From NCBI GenBank assembly GCA_004431415.1, contig QPMI01000069.1, forward strand, positions 1 through 59,730: a stretch of 59,730 bases of DNA, given 5' to 3'. Both the position numbers and the translations under genes were made by a program. Source of the stretch: Cyanophora paradoxa CCMP329. Taxonomy: Eukaryota; Plantae; Glaucophyta. This document shows, piece after piece, positions 22,901 through 37,900 of this stretch (position 1 is its first letter; each line of letters starts with the position of its first letter). The notes under the pieces were generated by a model, which was given only the letters and a program-made list of their open reading frames with translations, made no database searches and was not told the origin of the DNA.

Positions 22901-25900
22901 CTTTCGGTTTCCCGACATCCGTCGCGTCCTCGAATCCATATACACGCTCGCCCGGGCGACGGTATCTGCCTATGGCGATCCTCCCCCGCTGCGCTTCGCG
23001 GAGTTCCTCCCAGACAACGTCCGGGGCACGCGAGCCCGTGAATGTCTTCGCGAACGATGACAAGGGTCAGAGCAAAATCAAAATCAGCGTGGAAACGGCT
23101 GGACCTGGAAGAGCGACTCGTTCGGCTCGTAGATGAGAAGCCGGTCGTTCCGAATGCGGTACACAAGCACGCATAGAAACAAGGCCGGAACGACCACGCA
23201 GCCGAGAATCTGCCTCGGCGGCCGGATTGGTGAGGCTGCGGCGACACTCTGTATAATGAGAGCCACGCACCAGGAATGCAATGATTCCCGCCTGGACACC
23301 CGAGGGAGCCAGGGGGAGATACGCGGCGGATGCCATCGCCATTGGTTGGTACACGCTCATGAGCACCGAGAGCTCCGGGAACGGGAAGGCTGCGGCGGGA
23401 AGCAATTAGCAGCCTTCGATTTACTCATTGCAGCCGTGCGGATCACTGGAAGGGGGAAAGCGCTCACCAAGCTTGCCAGGCAGCCCCGGGAGCTTCTTGA
23501 GCCACCGAACCACAACGAGATGGAGCAGCAGGTGCGCGACGGTCACGATCGCCAGGATCCCAAAGCCGTACAGCATGGCGCTGTGAAACGCCCTCCGCGC
23601 CGTCTCACTCGCGCTCATCGTCGCCGCTGTCGCAACGGCCTGCAGCATCTTGCGAGCAGTCGGGCGGGGCACGGGCCTGCGCAGGACGCATCAGCGCGCT
23701 GTGAGCACAGCGAAAAATGAAGATTTGCTCACGTGGGCGTGGGGGCGGCCGATGTTCCGTTGGCCGAGCCGTCCATTGGAACGACATTGAACTGGGCCCC
23801 GCGTAATTATAAGCACTTCGATCCCATCGTGTGGGACGAGCAGACATAGCTCGAAATGCGAACCTGGAGCATGAAAGTGCCGAGGGCGCCAGACATCGCT
23901 CTGTACGACTCGGGGACGTTGTCGCCGGAAATGGCCCCAATGACCGCTATTTTTTGCGTCTGATTGATGAGGGTCTGCCGGAAGGCGCATTCACGCGTCA
24001 AAGTCAAATTCAATGCCGACGATGCCAAAACGGCGCCGAAACTTTGCGAATGCGCACCGTTGTTCCGGTGTTCGTGTCGCCTTCGACCTTCGGATTTGGT
24101 GCATCGGCGCCACCGCCTGCAGCGGCGCCGGCGCCACCTCCCGCGCCACCTCCGCGCCACCCGCTGCACCGCCAGCGGCGCCGCCGGCCGCGCCGGCCGC
24201 GCCGGCGGCGCCAGCGGAGGCGGCAGCCGCTCCAGCTGCTGCGGCCGTGGCGGCGGCTGTCGCCCCTGCCACGGCTCCAGCCACGCTCCCCGCGACGGCG
24301 ATCGCGACGCTCGCAGCGACGCTGGCAGCGACAGCGGTCGCAACCTGAGGCGCGGGCATGAGCCGCTTCTCCGCATATTTTATGCGACCCAGGAGCAGAG
24401 GAGCAGACGCACCGTCTCGCCGGCGGCCTTCGCCGTCGCGGGGTCCACCGAGTCCACAACAGTCGTCGAAGAGACTGAGCGAAATCAGCTCTGGAAAATC
24501 AAAGGCTTTCAAACCCTCTCGCACCTTCAACATCAAAGTCGGCCTTGGAGCTCAAGGGGCGCAGTACTCCCATAACGCCGTTGTCCGTCGCGGTGACGCG
24601 GAATCGCCACTTGCCTTCCGTCAGCCCCGAGATCTGAAGCCAGTGCGCCCAAATCAGCCGATATTAATTACATAAACCCGGCCCGAAAACGTTGCAATCG
24701 ATTGCAAAAATTCGGCATCACCTCGACCGCGGTCTGGCCACTGGACTTCAGGGTTGCGTTGCCAGGCCCGAACACCTGCTCCCATCTCACGGACGCTATG
24801 AACCCTGCAAGGGAGCTCCCACGTCAGCAAATCAAAAGTTTACAGTGCGAAATACCCCAGCGCTGCCACCGCACCATCCTCGTCTTGGTCGGCGATGCGC
24901 GGCTCGAGCTTGAGGGATGTCGATGCCAGGCGAGCGCCAATGCGCGCCTTGACCTTGCGCGTGCCGAAGATGACGGGCGGGAGGTTCTGCCGCGGGTTCA
25001 TGACGAGGTTGATGATGATCGGTTCCGTGGATGTGGTGAGGTCCGAATCTTCCACGTTGAATTCGACCTGCGAAAAGAGAGCATAAGAACTCGGCAAAAC
25101 TACAGAACAGCAGCTATTGTCTGCAAACCTGGCAGAAGCCCTGCTCCTTGGTCGTAACGTTGCAGAAACCGGGAACAGAAGTGTCCAGGTCCGCTCTGCA
25201 AGCGCATCTTATCAAATCTGACGTGCTTTTAGTGGATCAGAAATTAAAAACGCACTGTGTGAGAGGACAGCCTGGGTCCGGAATCAGGTTCCAGACATAC
25301 GACTGCACCGCTCCATCTACATCGCTGCTCTGACGGCCGTCGAACACTGAGGATACGAGTGAGCGCGTGAGTCACTAGAGGTCAAATTGGGCGCGCAGCT
25401 AGAACTGCGTTTCAAAAGAAAGTGCGACGGCACACCGGTCCAGAACGCAGAGCCGTTGACCTCAACGTCCTTCGGCCCGATCAGAATGGGCATCGGCGGC
25501 GCGTTCTCCCCGCGGTCGAGAATGCTGGAGTTGAGCTGAGTGACGCCGGCCACGGGGACCTGCAGCAGGTCCGCAACAGGCTGTACGGTAAAGGCTTCAG
25601 CTATCTGTAATAATGAGTCCGCCTCGGAGAGAGTCGACGCCGTTATATTGACGCTCAGAAGAACGGATCCAGCCTTCGCGCTGATTCCTGCAATGCGCCT
25701 GCAGAGAAGGAAGAGACCTCAGTAATAGAATTTTAATCAGTCTAGCGCAAGTGAATGATTGGCGATGAGAAGCACCCCTCGGCGACTCCGTAGGCTTTTG
25801 CTAGAGAGCTCCGCAGAGCCGCCTTGTAGGACGCATTCGCGTACTTGAGTTGGAAAGCGTCGAAGGACATGTCGGCTCTGACAGTGGTGACGAGAACTGC

Positions 25901-28900
25901 GCTGAAGGCATTAGAAATAAGCATGGCAAAAGCAATTTCGATTTCGATGCTCGTACCGGGAAGCAAAACGGCCTCCATCAATACTGACGCTCTAGTGCGC
26001 TCGCCTCCGTCCACGTCCATCACTTCGACGGTGAACGTGTAGTTTCCCGGAGCGGTGAGGTTTGCGACCGTCACGTTCGCCAGCGAGTCGTTCCCGAAGT
26101 GCGCGGGGCCGGGGCCGACGACGCTCCACGCAAAGGAGAGACCCTCGGAAGGCGCGGGCACGCCCTGCTGGGCCACGATGTCGGGATCTGTGCAGCGGTC
26201 AGAGCGGTCGCGTCTATACATCGAGCGACACCAATATAATAAGCATTCGTCGCACCGAAGGAGAGGAAAGCGCTCAACTCCAGACTCGCGATGGGCAGCG
26301 CCATGCGCGCGGGGAGAGGCAAAATGTGCGCGACAGGTGGCGCATTGTACCTGTTCGTCGGTCGGTTGTAAGACGCGAGATTACTGCGACTAGATAAAGA
26401 TGCGCCCGCTAGGCAGACCTGAAGCTGGAGGGCCAGACGCCAGCCAGCACGCCCCCGACGGAGAGCTCTATGTCGCAGTACGCGAGACCGACGGGGGCGA
26501 GCGTCGACGGGTTGCTTGATCTCGCGGTGGAATTCGACGGTTGACCAGCAGCCGAAGTGGCGTTTGCTGCAGTTCCGTTACCTGTATACGTATTCCCTAT
26601 CCCTGTTTCATTCAAGGCTCTGCTGCTGACCGCAGGGGGCGCGACGATGACGGCTCGCGTTGCAGTCCTGCACGAGCGCGATTGATACACAAACCTAATA
26701 TGCCTCAACGCGAGAAACGCACAGCGACCAGACGACTGCAGGCGAGTTGCAGACGCGCGCCTCGAGTTTCGCCCCAGTGTTCGGAGGCAGGGCCGTCCCT
26801 GTGAGAGTCACGCGCGTGCCGCCCGTCATGGGGCCGATGTCTGGATACGCCTCTCCGATCACCGAGTTCGTAACGTAGAGCTCCGTTGACGCGGCGTCCT
26901 CGAAGACGGTGTCGTTGAACCCCGTCGAGTACACGGCGAGCATGTAGCCGCCGGTCGTGATCATCGGCGCCACGTGCGAAATGAGGAAGAGATCTCCGAT
27001 CGCGGGCGCGTCGGGCATCCAGGCGGCAGAGCCTGGCATCCCGCGGACGACGACGGATATATTCGCGAGGGGCGCCATGAGCGGGATGCCCGTCTGTGCC
27101 GGGCTGAAGGTGCAGTTGATCTGAGGGAAAACGATTGTCACGACGGCGAGCTCGAGCTGTCAACAGGGGGCGGGCGCCGGCCGAGTGCTCACAGACTGGC
27201 CGCCGACAAGACTGAATGCGGAGCATACGAGTGACGATGAGCTGTCGCGCGGCACATCTGGCGCACATAACACCCGGAATGATCGTGGTCAGCGATGTAC
27301 AAATCCGTTCGACGAGGGCGGCCGTTGCGGCGGTTGAGCGCACCGATCACGGTGATCGAGGCCGACGCGACGACATCGGACGCATTAGACCGGAACGCCA
27401 CGGTGACCTCCCCGGGCCCCGTGTCTGCATTTCGATCAGATCCATCGCATCGAGAGCGATCCCGCCGGCACGCCAATTCAGTTTCGACTCACATCCGGAC
27501 GTAGGGAATGCATACGTCGACGCTGTGAGCACGGGCTCAGGCGAGACCCCGCTAGGAGCGTCCACCTGCATGACGCTGCCGCTCCAAGAGACGAAGAGGT
27601 CCTCCATGAGAACCGTGATCCGCTGCGAGGCCTGCGGCGAACCCACAGAGGTTAGAGTACAGCGCACACATATCAATTGACGACGTCGACATGCGCAATC
27701 CATTCGCACCCAGCGAGGGATCAGCGTGCACGTTGTGCGGTTCGAGGCCCACACAGGCTCCGAAGGGCAGATCTGCGGAGAGACAGAACAGAGATGAGCG
27801 AGCACCCAATAACTTCAATCGCGAAATGAGCCGACGCACCAATGAGCTGGTGGCGTCCGGTTCGCGATACACCGTGATCGAGCTGTTGGCGATGGACGCG
27901 TTGCTCGACAGCGCCATCGCCACCGAAGGGCCCGTCAGCAGCCGTCCCGACTCTCCGAGCATCTGGAACACGAACGACTGCGCCGGCCCCGCCCCCGGCT
28001 GCAGCGATCCCGCCACCGGCGCCAGCGCCCCGTCGCCGATGAACCCGATGGTCGCCGCGTCCGCCCACACGAGCTCGCCCAGTCGCCGTGGCGTCAGCGT
28101 GCAGTCGACGATGGCCGTCAGGATGAGCTGCGCGACGCCGCACGCGAGGCTGCTGCTCTCGTCGGCGATGTACACGATCGCGCTGCCGGCCTCCGCGAGC
28201 TGCGTCTCCATCCCCGGGAGCCACGCGAGCACGCGGATCGCGCTGCTGCCGTTCGTCACGGGCGTCGCCCACGCCGTGACGGTGATGGTGAACTGGGTCG
28301 CGAGGGTGCCAAAGGGCTCGAAGACGACCGCGTCGGCGTTCGTTGCGTTGGCGGTGACGTTGTCGGCGAGACCGTAGATGACGAAGCCGGCGCGCTTGGG
28401 GATGAAGGTGCAGTTGAAAGGGATGAGAGCCGGAAGCTGGTGCGAGGGGCATGACAGCGTCGAGTTGTCCGCGGAGCTCCGCGGAATATCTGCAGCGCGT
28501 CATCAAACAGTGCAATAATCTTAAGAGCGGAAGCCCCGATTCGCAAACCCATGACGGAGATCGAAGCCGATGCGAGGTCAATAACAGGATCGGCCTGCAG
28601 CACAACTTGAACGCGACCGGGACCAGTGAAGACTTCTGAAGGCTCGGCAGTTGTGTTCACGATGAGGTGGCCGGACGTGGCATAGCCAAGCATCGGGATG
28701 TAACCGGTCAGGCTCGCAGAGAAACCTGCACCTAGGACGAGATTGTGGAAGACCGCGGCCGTGTCGTCGAGCCGCGCCCAGATCACGGAATCGTTCTGCG
28801 TACGTGTCGAGTCAGCGTAAATACAGAATCGTTGCAGATGAATACGCGAAGCAATATTAATAGGTAATCTATAACGAGGAAATCGCACACCATTCGCGGA

Positions 28901-31900
28901 GTAAACAGACAATCAACGCTCTGTCCAGCCCAAACGCGAGTGGGGCAGATCTGCAGCAAACATCATCGGGTGCATTCGAATTCGCGTCTAAAATTCCAAG
29001 CCAGAGTGGTACCAGAGAGCTTGTGTTGTCAGGCGGTCCGTACACCAGCACACTTGCGTTCGCCACAGAGACCCCAGCGGACAGCGCCATCGCCACCGAT
29101 GGGCCCGTCAGCAGCCGTCCCGGCTCTCCGAGCATCTGGAACACGAACGACTGCGCCGGCCCCGCCCCCGGCTGCAGCGATCCCGCCACCGGCGCCAGCG
29201 CCCCGTCGCCGATGAACCCGATGGTCGCCGCGTCCGCCCACACGAGCTCGCCCAGTCGCCGTGGCGTCAGCGTGCAGTCGACGATGGCCGTCAGGATGAG
29301 CTGCGCGACGCCGCACGCGAGGCTGCTGCTCTCGTCGGCGATGTACACGATCGCGCTGCCGGCCTCCGCGAGCTGCGTCTCCATCCCCGGGAGCCACGCG
29401 AGCACGCGGATCGCGCTGCTGCCGTTCGTCACGGGCGTCGCCCACGCCGTGACGGTGATGGTGAACTGGGTCGCGAGGGTGCCAAAGGGCTCGAAGACGA
29501 CCGCGTCGGCGTTCGTTGCGTTGGCGGTGACGTTGTCGGCGAGACCGTAGATGACGAAGCCGGCGCGCTTGGGGACGAACGTGCAGTTGAAAGGGACGAG
29601 AGCCGTCTGCTGCGTGATTGGGCACGCCAGCGTGCACCCATCGTTCATGTCGATCGGCACGTCTAGCGCAAGCAGCATTGATAAACCAAAAAGAGCGTAC
29701 AAATGGGCACACAAGAGAGCATGCACCTTGGACAATTGTGTTTCCTGTTGTCAGCAGCTGCCCTGAGGCGTACCAGAACTCGACGCCGCCCGGGCCGGTG
29801 TGGTCGGCCATGGGGACGGCGGTCGTGTCGAAGGTTATGTTGCCCTCCGTTGCGTATCCAGTCATGGAGGTGGACGCCTTGACGCTCGCAAAGGGAACCA
29901 GGATGACGTCGTCCAGCAGAGCCCAGATTACCTCGGAGCCCTGCCAATGCGCGACTCAGCTCGCAAACGTGCGATTTGGTTTCGCTCCAAGCTAGTTTAT
30001 TTTGATTCACATCCGGCTAGGATTGTCGCACCAGGCGAGGAGTAAAGGAGCACACAGCAGACACTCCAGCCCAGATGTTCTGGTCGCAACCCTGTGCGAA
30101 TGCCCATGTACGGTCAGGGATGCTCAAAGATGCGCGGCACGCGGGGCGGCACCGCCGTCGTCGTGTTGTCGGGTGCGCCGTACACCAGCACACTTGCGTT
30201 CGCCACCGAGGCCCCAGCGGACAGAGCCATCGCCACCGACGAGCCCGTCAGCAGTCGCCCCCGCTCCGCAAGCATCTGGAACACAAACGACTGTGCCGGC
30301 CCCGCCCCCGGCTGAAGCGACCCCGCCATCGGCGCCAGTGCCCCGTCGCCAATGAACCCAACGGTCGCCGCGTCCGCCCACACGAGCTCGCCCAGTCGCC
30401 GGGGCGTCAGCGTGCAGTCGACGACGGCCGTCAGGATGAGCTGCGCGACGCCGCACGCGAGGCTGCTGCTCTCGTCGGCGATGTACACGATTGGTACAGT
30501 ACTGCGAGCGAGCGCCATTCCCGTCGACGAGCCGTTCAGGGACAGAAGGTACGCCACAATTACAATGCTGCTTCCGCCTTCGGAGATTGGCGATGCTGCT
30601 GCAGTAACCGTGACAGTGAACTGAGTTGCGACGGTCGAGGGCGGGTCGGCGACGACTGCGCTCGAGTTGACGGAGTAAGCAGTCACGCTCGATGCGATGC
30701 CAAAAACCGCCACATCGCCGGTTTTCGGGTAGAATGTGCAGTTGAAGGCGACGAGAGCCGTCTGATGCCCCAAAGGGCAGTCAAGAACTGATGTCGCAAC
30801 GCCACTATCGGGATTGTCTATAGAAGCAGAGCGTCAGAATTCGAAGGCCGGCGCCCGCGATTAGGCCAAAGAGACCACGCAATTGCAATGCAAGTCGATA
30901 CACACCGATGACGACCAACGAATACGACGCCAGCGTTGCACTTGTAGCAGGATCTATCGCCGCAACGCCGCCAGGACCAGTGTACGTAGCATCCGGAATG
31001 TTTGTTGTGACGACAGTAAACTTCCCCTCCATATGATATCCCTCCATCGCAACTCGCACAAACCCTTTGATGCTTCCGCTGACGGAAAACGTGACGTCGT
31101 TCAAATATGACCAGATCACCGTTGATTGCTTTGCGCCGGATATCGATCCGTCTTAGACAACTCGTGCCAAAAGGGAATTCGAATCAAAAAGAGCCTACCA
31201 TTCGCGGGATAAAGATGCAGTCCGAGATCGAGCCCGCCCACATTGCAACCGGATTGTCGCAGGTCTGCGATGGCCACTGGTTAGCCAAACAAAAACAAAT
31301 CAAAGTAGCGCTGCCTTGCAAAATCGTGTATGCGCACGATTGTGCTTGTGGAATCTGGCGGCCCGTACACGAGGACGGTCGTGTTAGCAGCCGACTCTCC
31401 GTTCGAGAGCGCCATAGCCGTCGAGTTGCCTGTCAAGACCCGCCCGGACTGACCCAGCAGCAGAAATACAAATTTCTGCGCGGGCCCGCTCGACGGCTGC
31501 AGCGAACCCGCCACTGGCGCAAGCGCCCCGTCGCCGATGAACCCGATCGTCGACGCCTCCGCCCACACCAGCTCGTCCAGTCGCCGTGGCGTCAGCGTGC
31601 AGTCAACCGTCGAGGCCAGCGCCAGCTGCTCGGCGCCGCACTCGAGGCTGCTGGATGCATCGACCACATAGGAAATACGCGCTTTCGTCTCTGCGAGCAG
31701 CTCTTCGGTGCCCGAGAGCCACGCAAAGACTTCAATGGAGCTTTCGCCGCCGATGACGGGATCCCGGTCTGCAACCACTGCCACGATGAAACGAGGGCCG
31801 ATCGCGAACGCGCCAGCGGCCTCTGCGATTGCGGCTCGCGCGTTCGTTGCGTTGAGCGACACGTTCTCCGGGACGCCGTAGATGGAGAACCCGACTCGCT

Positions 31901-34900
31901 TCGGGTAGTAGGTGCAGTTGAACGGGACGAGCGCGACCATCGGGGTTGCGGGGCAGGCGAGGGAGCTTCCGTCGTAGGAAGGGACGTCTGCAAGCGAGGC
32001 CATGAGCTACGTCGGATTTAGCGTTTACGTATACGTTCTGGACACTCGCACCAAGAACAGTGATTGAGCCTGACGCAAGGAAGACATTTGAAGATGACAT
32101 GAGGTCAACGCTCCCGAGGCCAGAGTGATCAGACGACGGGTTGGACGTGGTGTAGATCTCGAATTGACCTTCCACCGCGTAGCCGGACATGAGCGACGCG
32201 CCCTTCACGCTCGCGACGCCGGTCGACGAGATGTCCGCCAGGTTTGCCCAAATAACAAGGGAATTCTGCGAGCAATTGTTCGCAAATGCAGCCCCAGGTC
32301 GAAACGAGGGCTGCAACGCACCTTGCGAGCATAGAACGTACAGACGGCAGACTCGCCTGCCCACAACAGATCGGGACACACCTGCGAATGCACGGGAATG
32401 GAATCAATCCGTTTCATGCACAGGGTATCCCAATTTAGATGATCATGATCATAAAGAGCGGCGCACGGCACTGCTCGTCGCGTCGGGGGAGGCGAAGACG
32501 ACGACGGTCGCATTCGCAATCGACACGCCGTACGAAAGCGCCATCGCCACAGAAGGGCCTGTCAGCAGCCGTCCCGACTGGCCGATCACTCGGAACGAAA
32601 CGGACTGAGCCGGCCCGCTCGTCGGAGACAGCGTTCCGGCTACCGGGGCGAGGGCCCCGTCTCCGTCAAATCCGACGGTGGCCGCGTCAGTCCACACAAG
32701 CTCGCCGAGACGCCGCGGCGTGAGGGTGCAGTCGATAGTACCCGCCAATGCAACCTGAGGCTTGGCGCACGCGACGCTGCTGCTGTTGTCCGCAACGTAA
32801 ATGATCGGCACGAGGGCTGTCCCGAGGAGCTGGCCATTCTTCAGCACTGCCTGCACCGCGACGTTGCCGTTGAATCCGGGGGGCGGGTCCGTCGTAGGAT
32901 GCACGGTGATCGTGATCCGCGACTGCACGGGGCCGTTGCTCGGAGGCACAATGCTGGCCGAGCCGCCCGCCGCATTCGCCGCCACCTCATCCAGATTGGC
33001 GTACAGCTCGGTGCCGTCGAGGACGTCGTAGAAGGTGGCGGTGCAGTTGAACGCTTGTGCTGGAATCGGAGTGGTGGGGCACGAAAGCACGGTGGCCCCG
33101 GGCGTAGCTGCGCGGAGATATCGATATCAGCGCACGCGCCCGGAACACGAAGCGAAGATCACCGCGCACTGTACACATGAACAGGCAAGCTGTAGAGGAG
33201 CTGCCCCGCGGCGTTCCGAATCGTGAAGGCTCCGGGCCCCGTGCACGTCATGCAGAGGTCGGGGCTGGTGGCCAGCGTCACCGTCACCGACGGCAGAGCA
33301 GGCAGGGTCTGGTCGACGTCGCTCAGAGTTGCCAGGACGAGGCTGCCGCTCACGGCGAGCCGCAGGCCGGCCACGTTGGGGTACACGGTTGCCGAGCGCA
33401 GCGTGGCGGCCACGGTGGCGTGGAGGGTGACGTCTGTGCCCATGCGGATCCAGAAGGGCTCCGCGCCGTCGTGCGCGAAGGTGATCGCGTCCGGGTCCGC
33501 TGCGCCCACGCTCAGCAGCGGCTGCAAAGACGACCCGAACCGCACGCACTGGTGACTGAGAGAGAGATGGAGTTCGCGCTTGGAGCGACAGTCACGGTCA
33601 GAGTGCCTGAGACGTTTCCAGCCGTAATGACTATTCGGAGCGCATTCGATGTGTCGGCGGGAAGCGTCGCATTGCCAGCACTCATTCCTGAGAGCGCCGA
33701 GCCGTCGACGGCGACCGCTGAGATGCTAGGAACGAAGATGGCTGAGGAAGTGGAAAAGCCCTCTTGTTCGAAGCGTGGATACACAAAACAGCGGACAGTC
33801 GTGCCCGCCGGAACCGTAGTGACAGTACCGCAATCGATCGAGCTGGTCTCATCCGCGAAAACTAAGCGGGTCTCAGTAATCATGAGCAGGGCAGTGCGAG
33901 ATGAGACTTCTTGGTTTTCGCAATGCACCGTATACAGAGATCTCAAGTGAGCCGAGATTGATTCCGTTCTGCCCATAGAACTGCGAATCGCTGTGAGACT
34001 GAGAGGGGGTTTCTATCACGTGGCAGAATGCACCCGTAAAATGCCCGTCCCGCTCCCCTCGACAGAGGTGTGCAGTTGGAGCGAGAACGAGCAGTTTTTG
34101 GTGTGGACAAAGTAGGTGGTGAAGGGCGGATCGAAGGGGACTACGTCGCTGACGGTGCCGCGACTGTACTCTAAACTCGCGACGGACAAGTCCCTGCCGG
34201 CGAATGAGAAGCTAAAACGACGTCGACGTTTGCGCGAACAAAGGCAGAAGGGAGTACCACACGCGGTAGAAAACAGGCAGCGCGCCGTACAAACCGGCAT
34301 ACGTGCAGTTTAACGTCGTGCCACTCTACAAATTGCACATTAAGACAAGCGGATATCGATGTGATCGCACAAACTCGAAGTATCTAGATGCACTCACAGG
34401 CACGGCGGTCGCTCCGCAGTCGAAGATGCTGGTTGCATCAGGAAAATCTGGGAGCGCGCTAGGAATCCAGTTGGCTGGGTTAGAATCGCCGAGGATCGAG
34501 AGCTGTATCTTGGAGGGCATGGCAGTTGCGCCGCAGCACGTTGAAGCGCAATCGCAAACGTCGGTTGTCTCTGGATAGTCAGGATGAAACGTGGCTTCCG
34601 CCTTGTTTTGTAGCACTTGATTGTTCTCTAAGAACTGCGGGTGGAAGGGATCTGGTTAGAATCCCAAAGCTTTTCTCGATTGTTTCAACGGAACGGGCGA
34701 CCGTGGAATTAGACTTGCCGCCTGTGAACTAAAAGTCAGCGGCTCTCGTAGCGCCACACGCGGGACACAATGTTACCTTTCGTGCAGTTGAATCGGTTGC
34801 ATGTTAATATCCAACTGCTGGCTATCCTGCGTCCGCTTTGGAATTTGGTGCTGCGCGGTGCGAGTGCATTCGCATCCGGACGCAGAAGTTCGATCAATCA

Positions 34901-37900
34901 ATCAGCCTCACAAATTCGAAACGGGAACAGAGAAAACGAAATGCTGAAGACCCGTTCGTTTGGAAGGTGAATGGTGTGTCTCCTGTGATGTGAGAATATT
35001 AATGAGATATTGGAAAAAGCGACCCCTGGATGGCTGACTCACGGAGGTCCATAATTGCCGATCTATTATTGTGGCCAAGCGGCAGATGCCTGATAAAAAG
35101 CGATGGCGATGAATTCTTGGCTCAGAAAAGCATCCAGCTGCAGAGCATCTAGAGAGGACGAACGTACCATAGGCAAGACGCAAATGGGTACCACACATCG
35201 CCGCAGACTCGCCCGATACCCCAGACCCAAGTACAGACTGTGAGCTGCGGTTCGCGCGATTACATATTGAAGGCGACACATTCTGCAATGTTGCTACAAA
35301 CCTTGTTGAAACCGGCTTTGCAGACGGTCAGGGAAAGAACCCAATCTGTATAGCACTGGCAGGACTGCATATAGCCCCTAAGACAGCGGACAGTCAGCCA
35401 AAATGCTATTCGCGCTCAATCCCGCGGCCGCTCATGATCATCAGGGGCCTCGCACCATGCCGGATCCCTGTTTTGGATTGAAGTAATAAAAAGTTATTAT
35501 TACAAAATTGCAGGATTTCTGCAAAAAAAACACAATACAAATAGAGCATACGATTTTCCCATTCTCTCCTTGTATCCCCTTCGCGTACGAATTTAAAGAC
35601 GAGAAATTAGAACGGCACATTAAGGATCCGGAGCGAACGATGATCAAGACTGAATTGTTTGTGCGCACGGATCTGTATAAGGCTACAGCGATTCGTCAGC
35701 GGGTGCTCAGTGAGGCGAAGTTTTCTCAAGTACAGCTCGGGGCGCACGAAAGTCTGCAGAGCATCCGGATCCACGTAGACGATGTGGTAGTAGGACTGGA
35801 TCGCCGTAAGTGCACATGCAATGTATGTGACATCTTAAAGCCACGCAAACCTTGTCTTCGGGGAAACCGCCTCTTACTCGCTGGGAGATAAAGTCCCGCT
35901 AAACCAGCAATAATACGTAATTGGAGGGAGGCGGGCAAATGTTTACCTTGACATCTGTCGGAACCGCGTTTCCTGTGTTTTCTCTGCGTCGAGCGTACAT
36001 GCACATTTGCAATTAGTGCTGGGCTGGAGGATGCTTCACGAGAAGCGGGAAGCGAACCGAGGCAAGTACAGGAGGGCGGACTCCCAAAGGTTCAAATAAC
36101 GGAATGTCCTAACGACGCTTACATTTGTCTTGTGGTAGTACCTGGAGCAGGAGGGGGGGGGGGGGGGGGGGGGGTGGGGGGGGGGGGGCGCTGTCAGCGC
36201 ATGCTCAGGCCCATCAGCTAGAAAAACGTACGCGTAGTCTAGAAGCGCGGCTGGTTCGCGATGGAAGCAAGTCATAATCAGAGCATGCGCAAGATAAAGT
36301 CGTCGTGCACGTGCTCATAGTCGGGGAATTTGCTCACCGCAGACAGAGAAGGGGTATGCGAGGGTATCGAGCGATTTATTCCCAATCGCCACACGCATCG
36401 AGAACCTGCATTGATGATAGGTTTTAAAAAGGACGGCAGTTAAATCGCCCTTCTGCGCTGAAGGCTCGTACTCTCTTGTGACGCAGAACTTGTCCCACTT
36501 CGTCGGGTCGATCTCGCTGTCCGCCTGGAACTTGACGATGAACGGGAACTCGGAGTCGTAGTCCGGCCGGAGGCTCTCCGTGTACCAGAAGGCCGTCGGC
36601 GGGGGCCACCATTCCAGCTCCACGTTTCCCGTCGTCCGGCTCGGGTTCACGACGATCGACGAGCTGGGTGGAGGCGCGTGCGCGCGAGAATCATAAAAGA
36701 CTTCAAGTGATGGATCCTTTTAAAAGCCACAGCCTACCGGGGAATCGTGTACGGCGAGTTGGGGCCCCTCCGAGCGTGGAAGGTTCCGAACACGACCTCG
36801 CCCTGCCACGTGGGCGGGTGCGGCGTCGAGTACCCCCAGTGCGTCTGCCACTGAATGTAGGAGCTGGCGAACGCAGTCGCGTTGATTGCCTCGGCCGCCA
36901 TGAATACACGGATCGAAGAGCCCAAATTGAACTGCGCGAGTATCTCTTTAAATTTCATGATCACGAGCTTAGCACGCCAGCGGACCTCCCCAGCTGGCAC
37001 GGTGACGAAGAACTCAAAGAAGCCTGTTCAGATTTGAGTGCAAGCTCACACGCTCAAACTATTATAGCAAGCGCATGCGCACTGGTGGTTGGGTTCGAGG
37101 AAGGGAACGAGACGGAAAACCCGACGAATTCCGCCTGGGCGCTGGGGTCTCCGGGAGACAAGGACCCGAGCGTGGCGCTCGCGGAGGAATCCGCCGATGC
37201 AGAGACGCGCAGCCAAGAAGCGTCCGAAGTTACCGCAAGACCGGAGCGCCGCATGGCCACCGTGCATCTAAAAAAAAGGACAATCTATACAATTTGTAAT
37301 GACTCCGATCTCGAATAGCGACTCACTGTATCGAGTCCCCCGGGACGACTGCAAGGGGGCAGGAGACGGAAGAGGTTTTGTCTGGGGTCGCGCTCTGCAC
37401 GGTGCGCTGCACTAGGGTCGATGATGTGCTGAGCGGCGATCCAGCGGCATCGTAAAAGGTCGCCGGGAAAGCGGCGGTGGGACTCATGTCCCTCGCCATG
37501 AACGCGTCTGTGTCATTAATCGCGAGCTCGTCGAAGCTGCAGAGAAACGCAAATTAATATTGCAAAGAATTTCGAGGTGAAGCCGACACATATGCGGACC
37601 TGTAGAAAAGGCGCAACGAGGAATCTGAGAGCAAGGCGGTCGTTGTTCTCCCTTGAACGATAGAAGAAAGCTCGTTTGTCGAGAGCGATCGATTCCACGC
37701 GCGGACTTCGTCGATGAGTCCTGATCATGAGCACGAGTGAGCGCTCCTCGCCGTTTCGGATCGCTTTAAGGACGCGATTGAGAATAGAAGTCGACTGTCA
37801 CCGGTGAATGCACGCGCCGCAGCCGACGAGCCCGCAAAGGGCGCCGCCCCAATCACTAGCGGCCCCGTCCAAGGGGCCCCCGCAGCCGGCAGGGTCCCCG

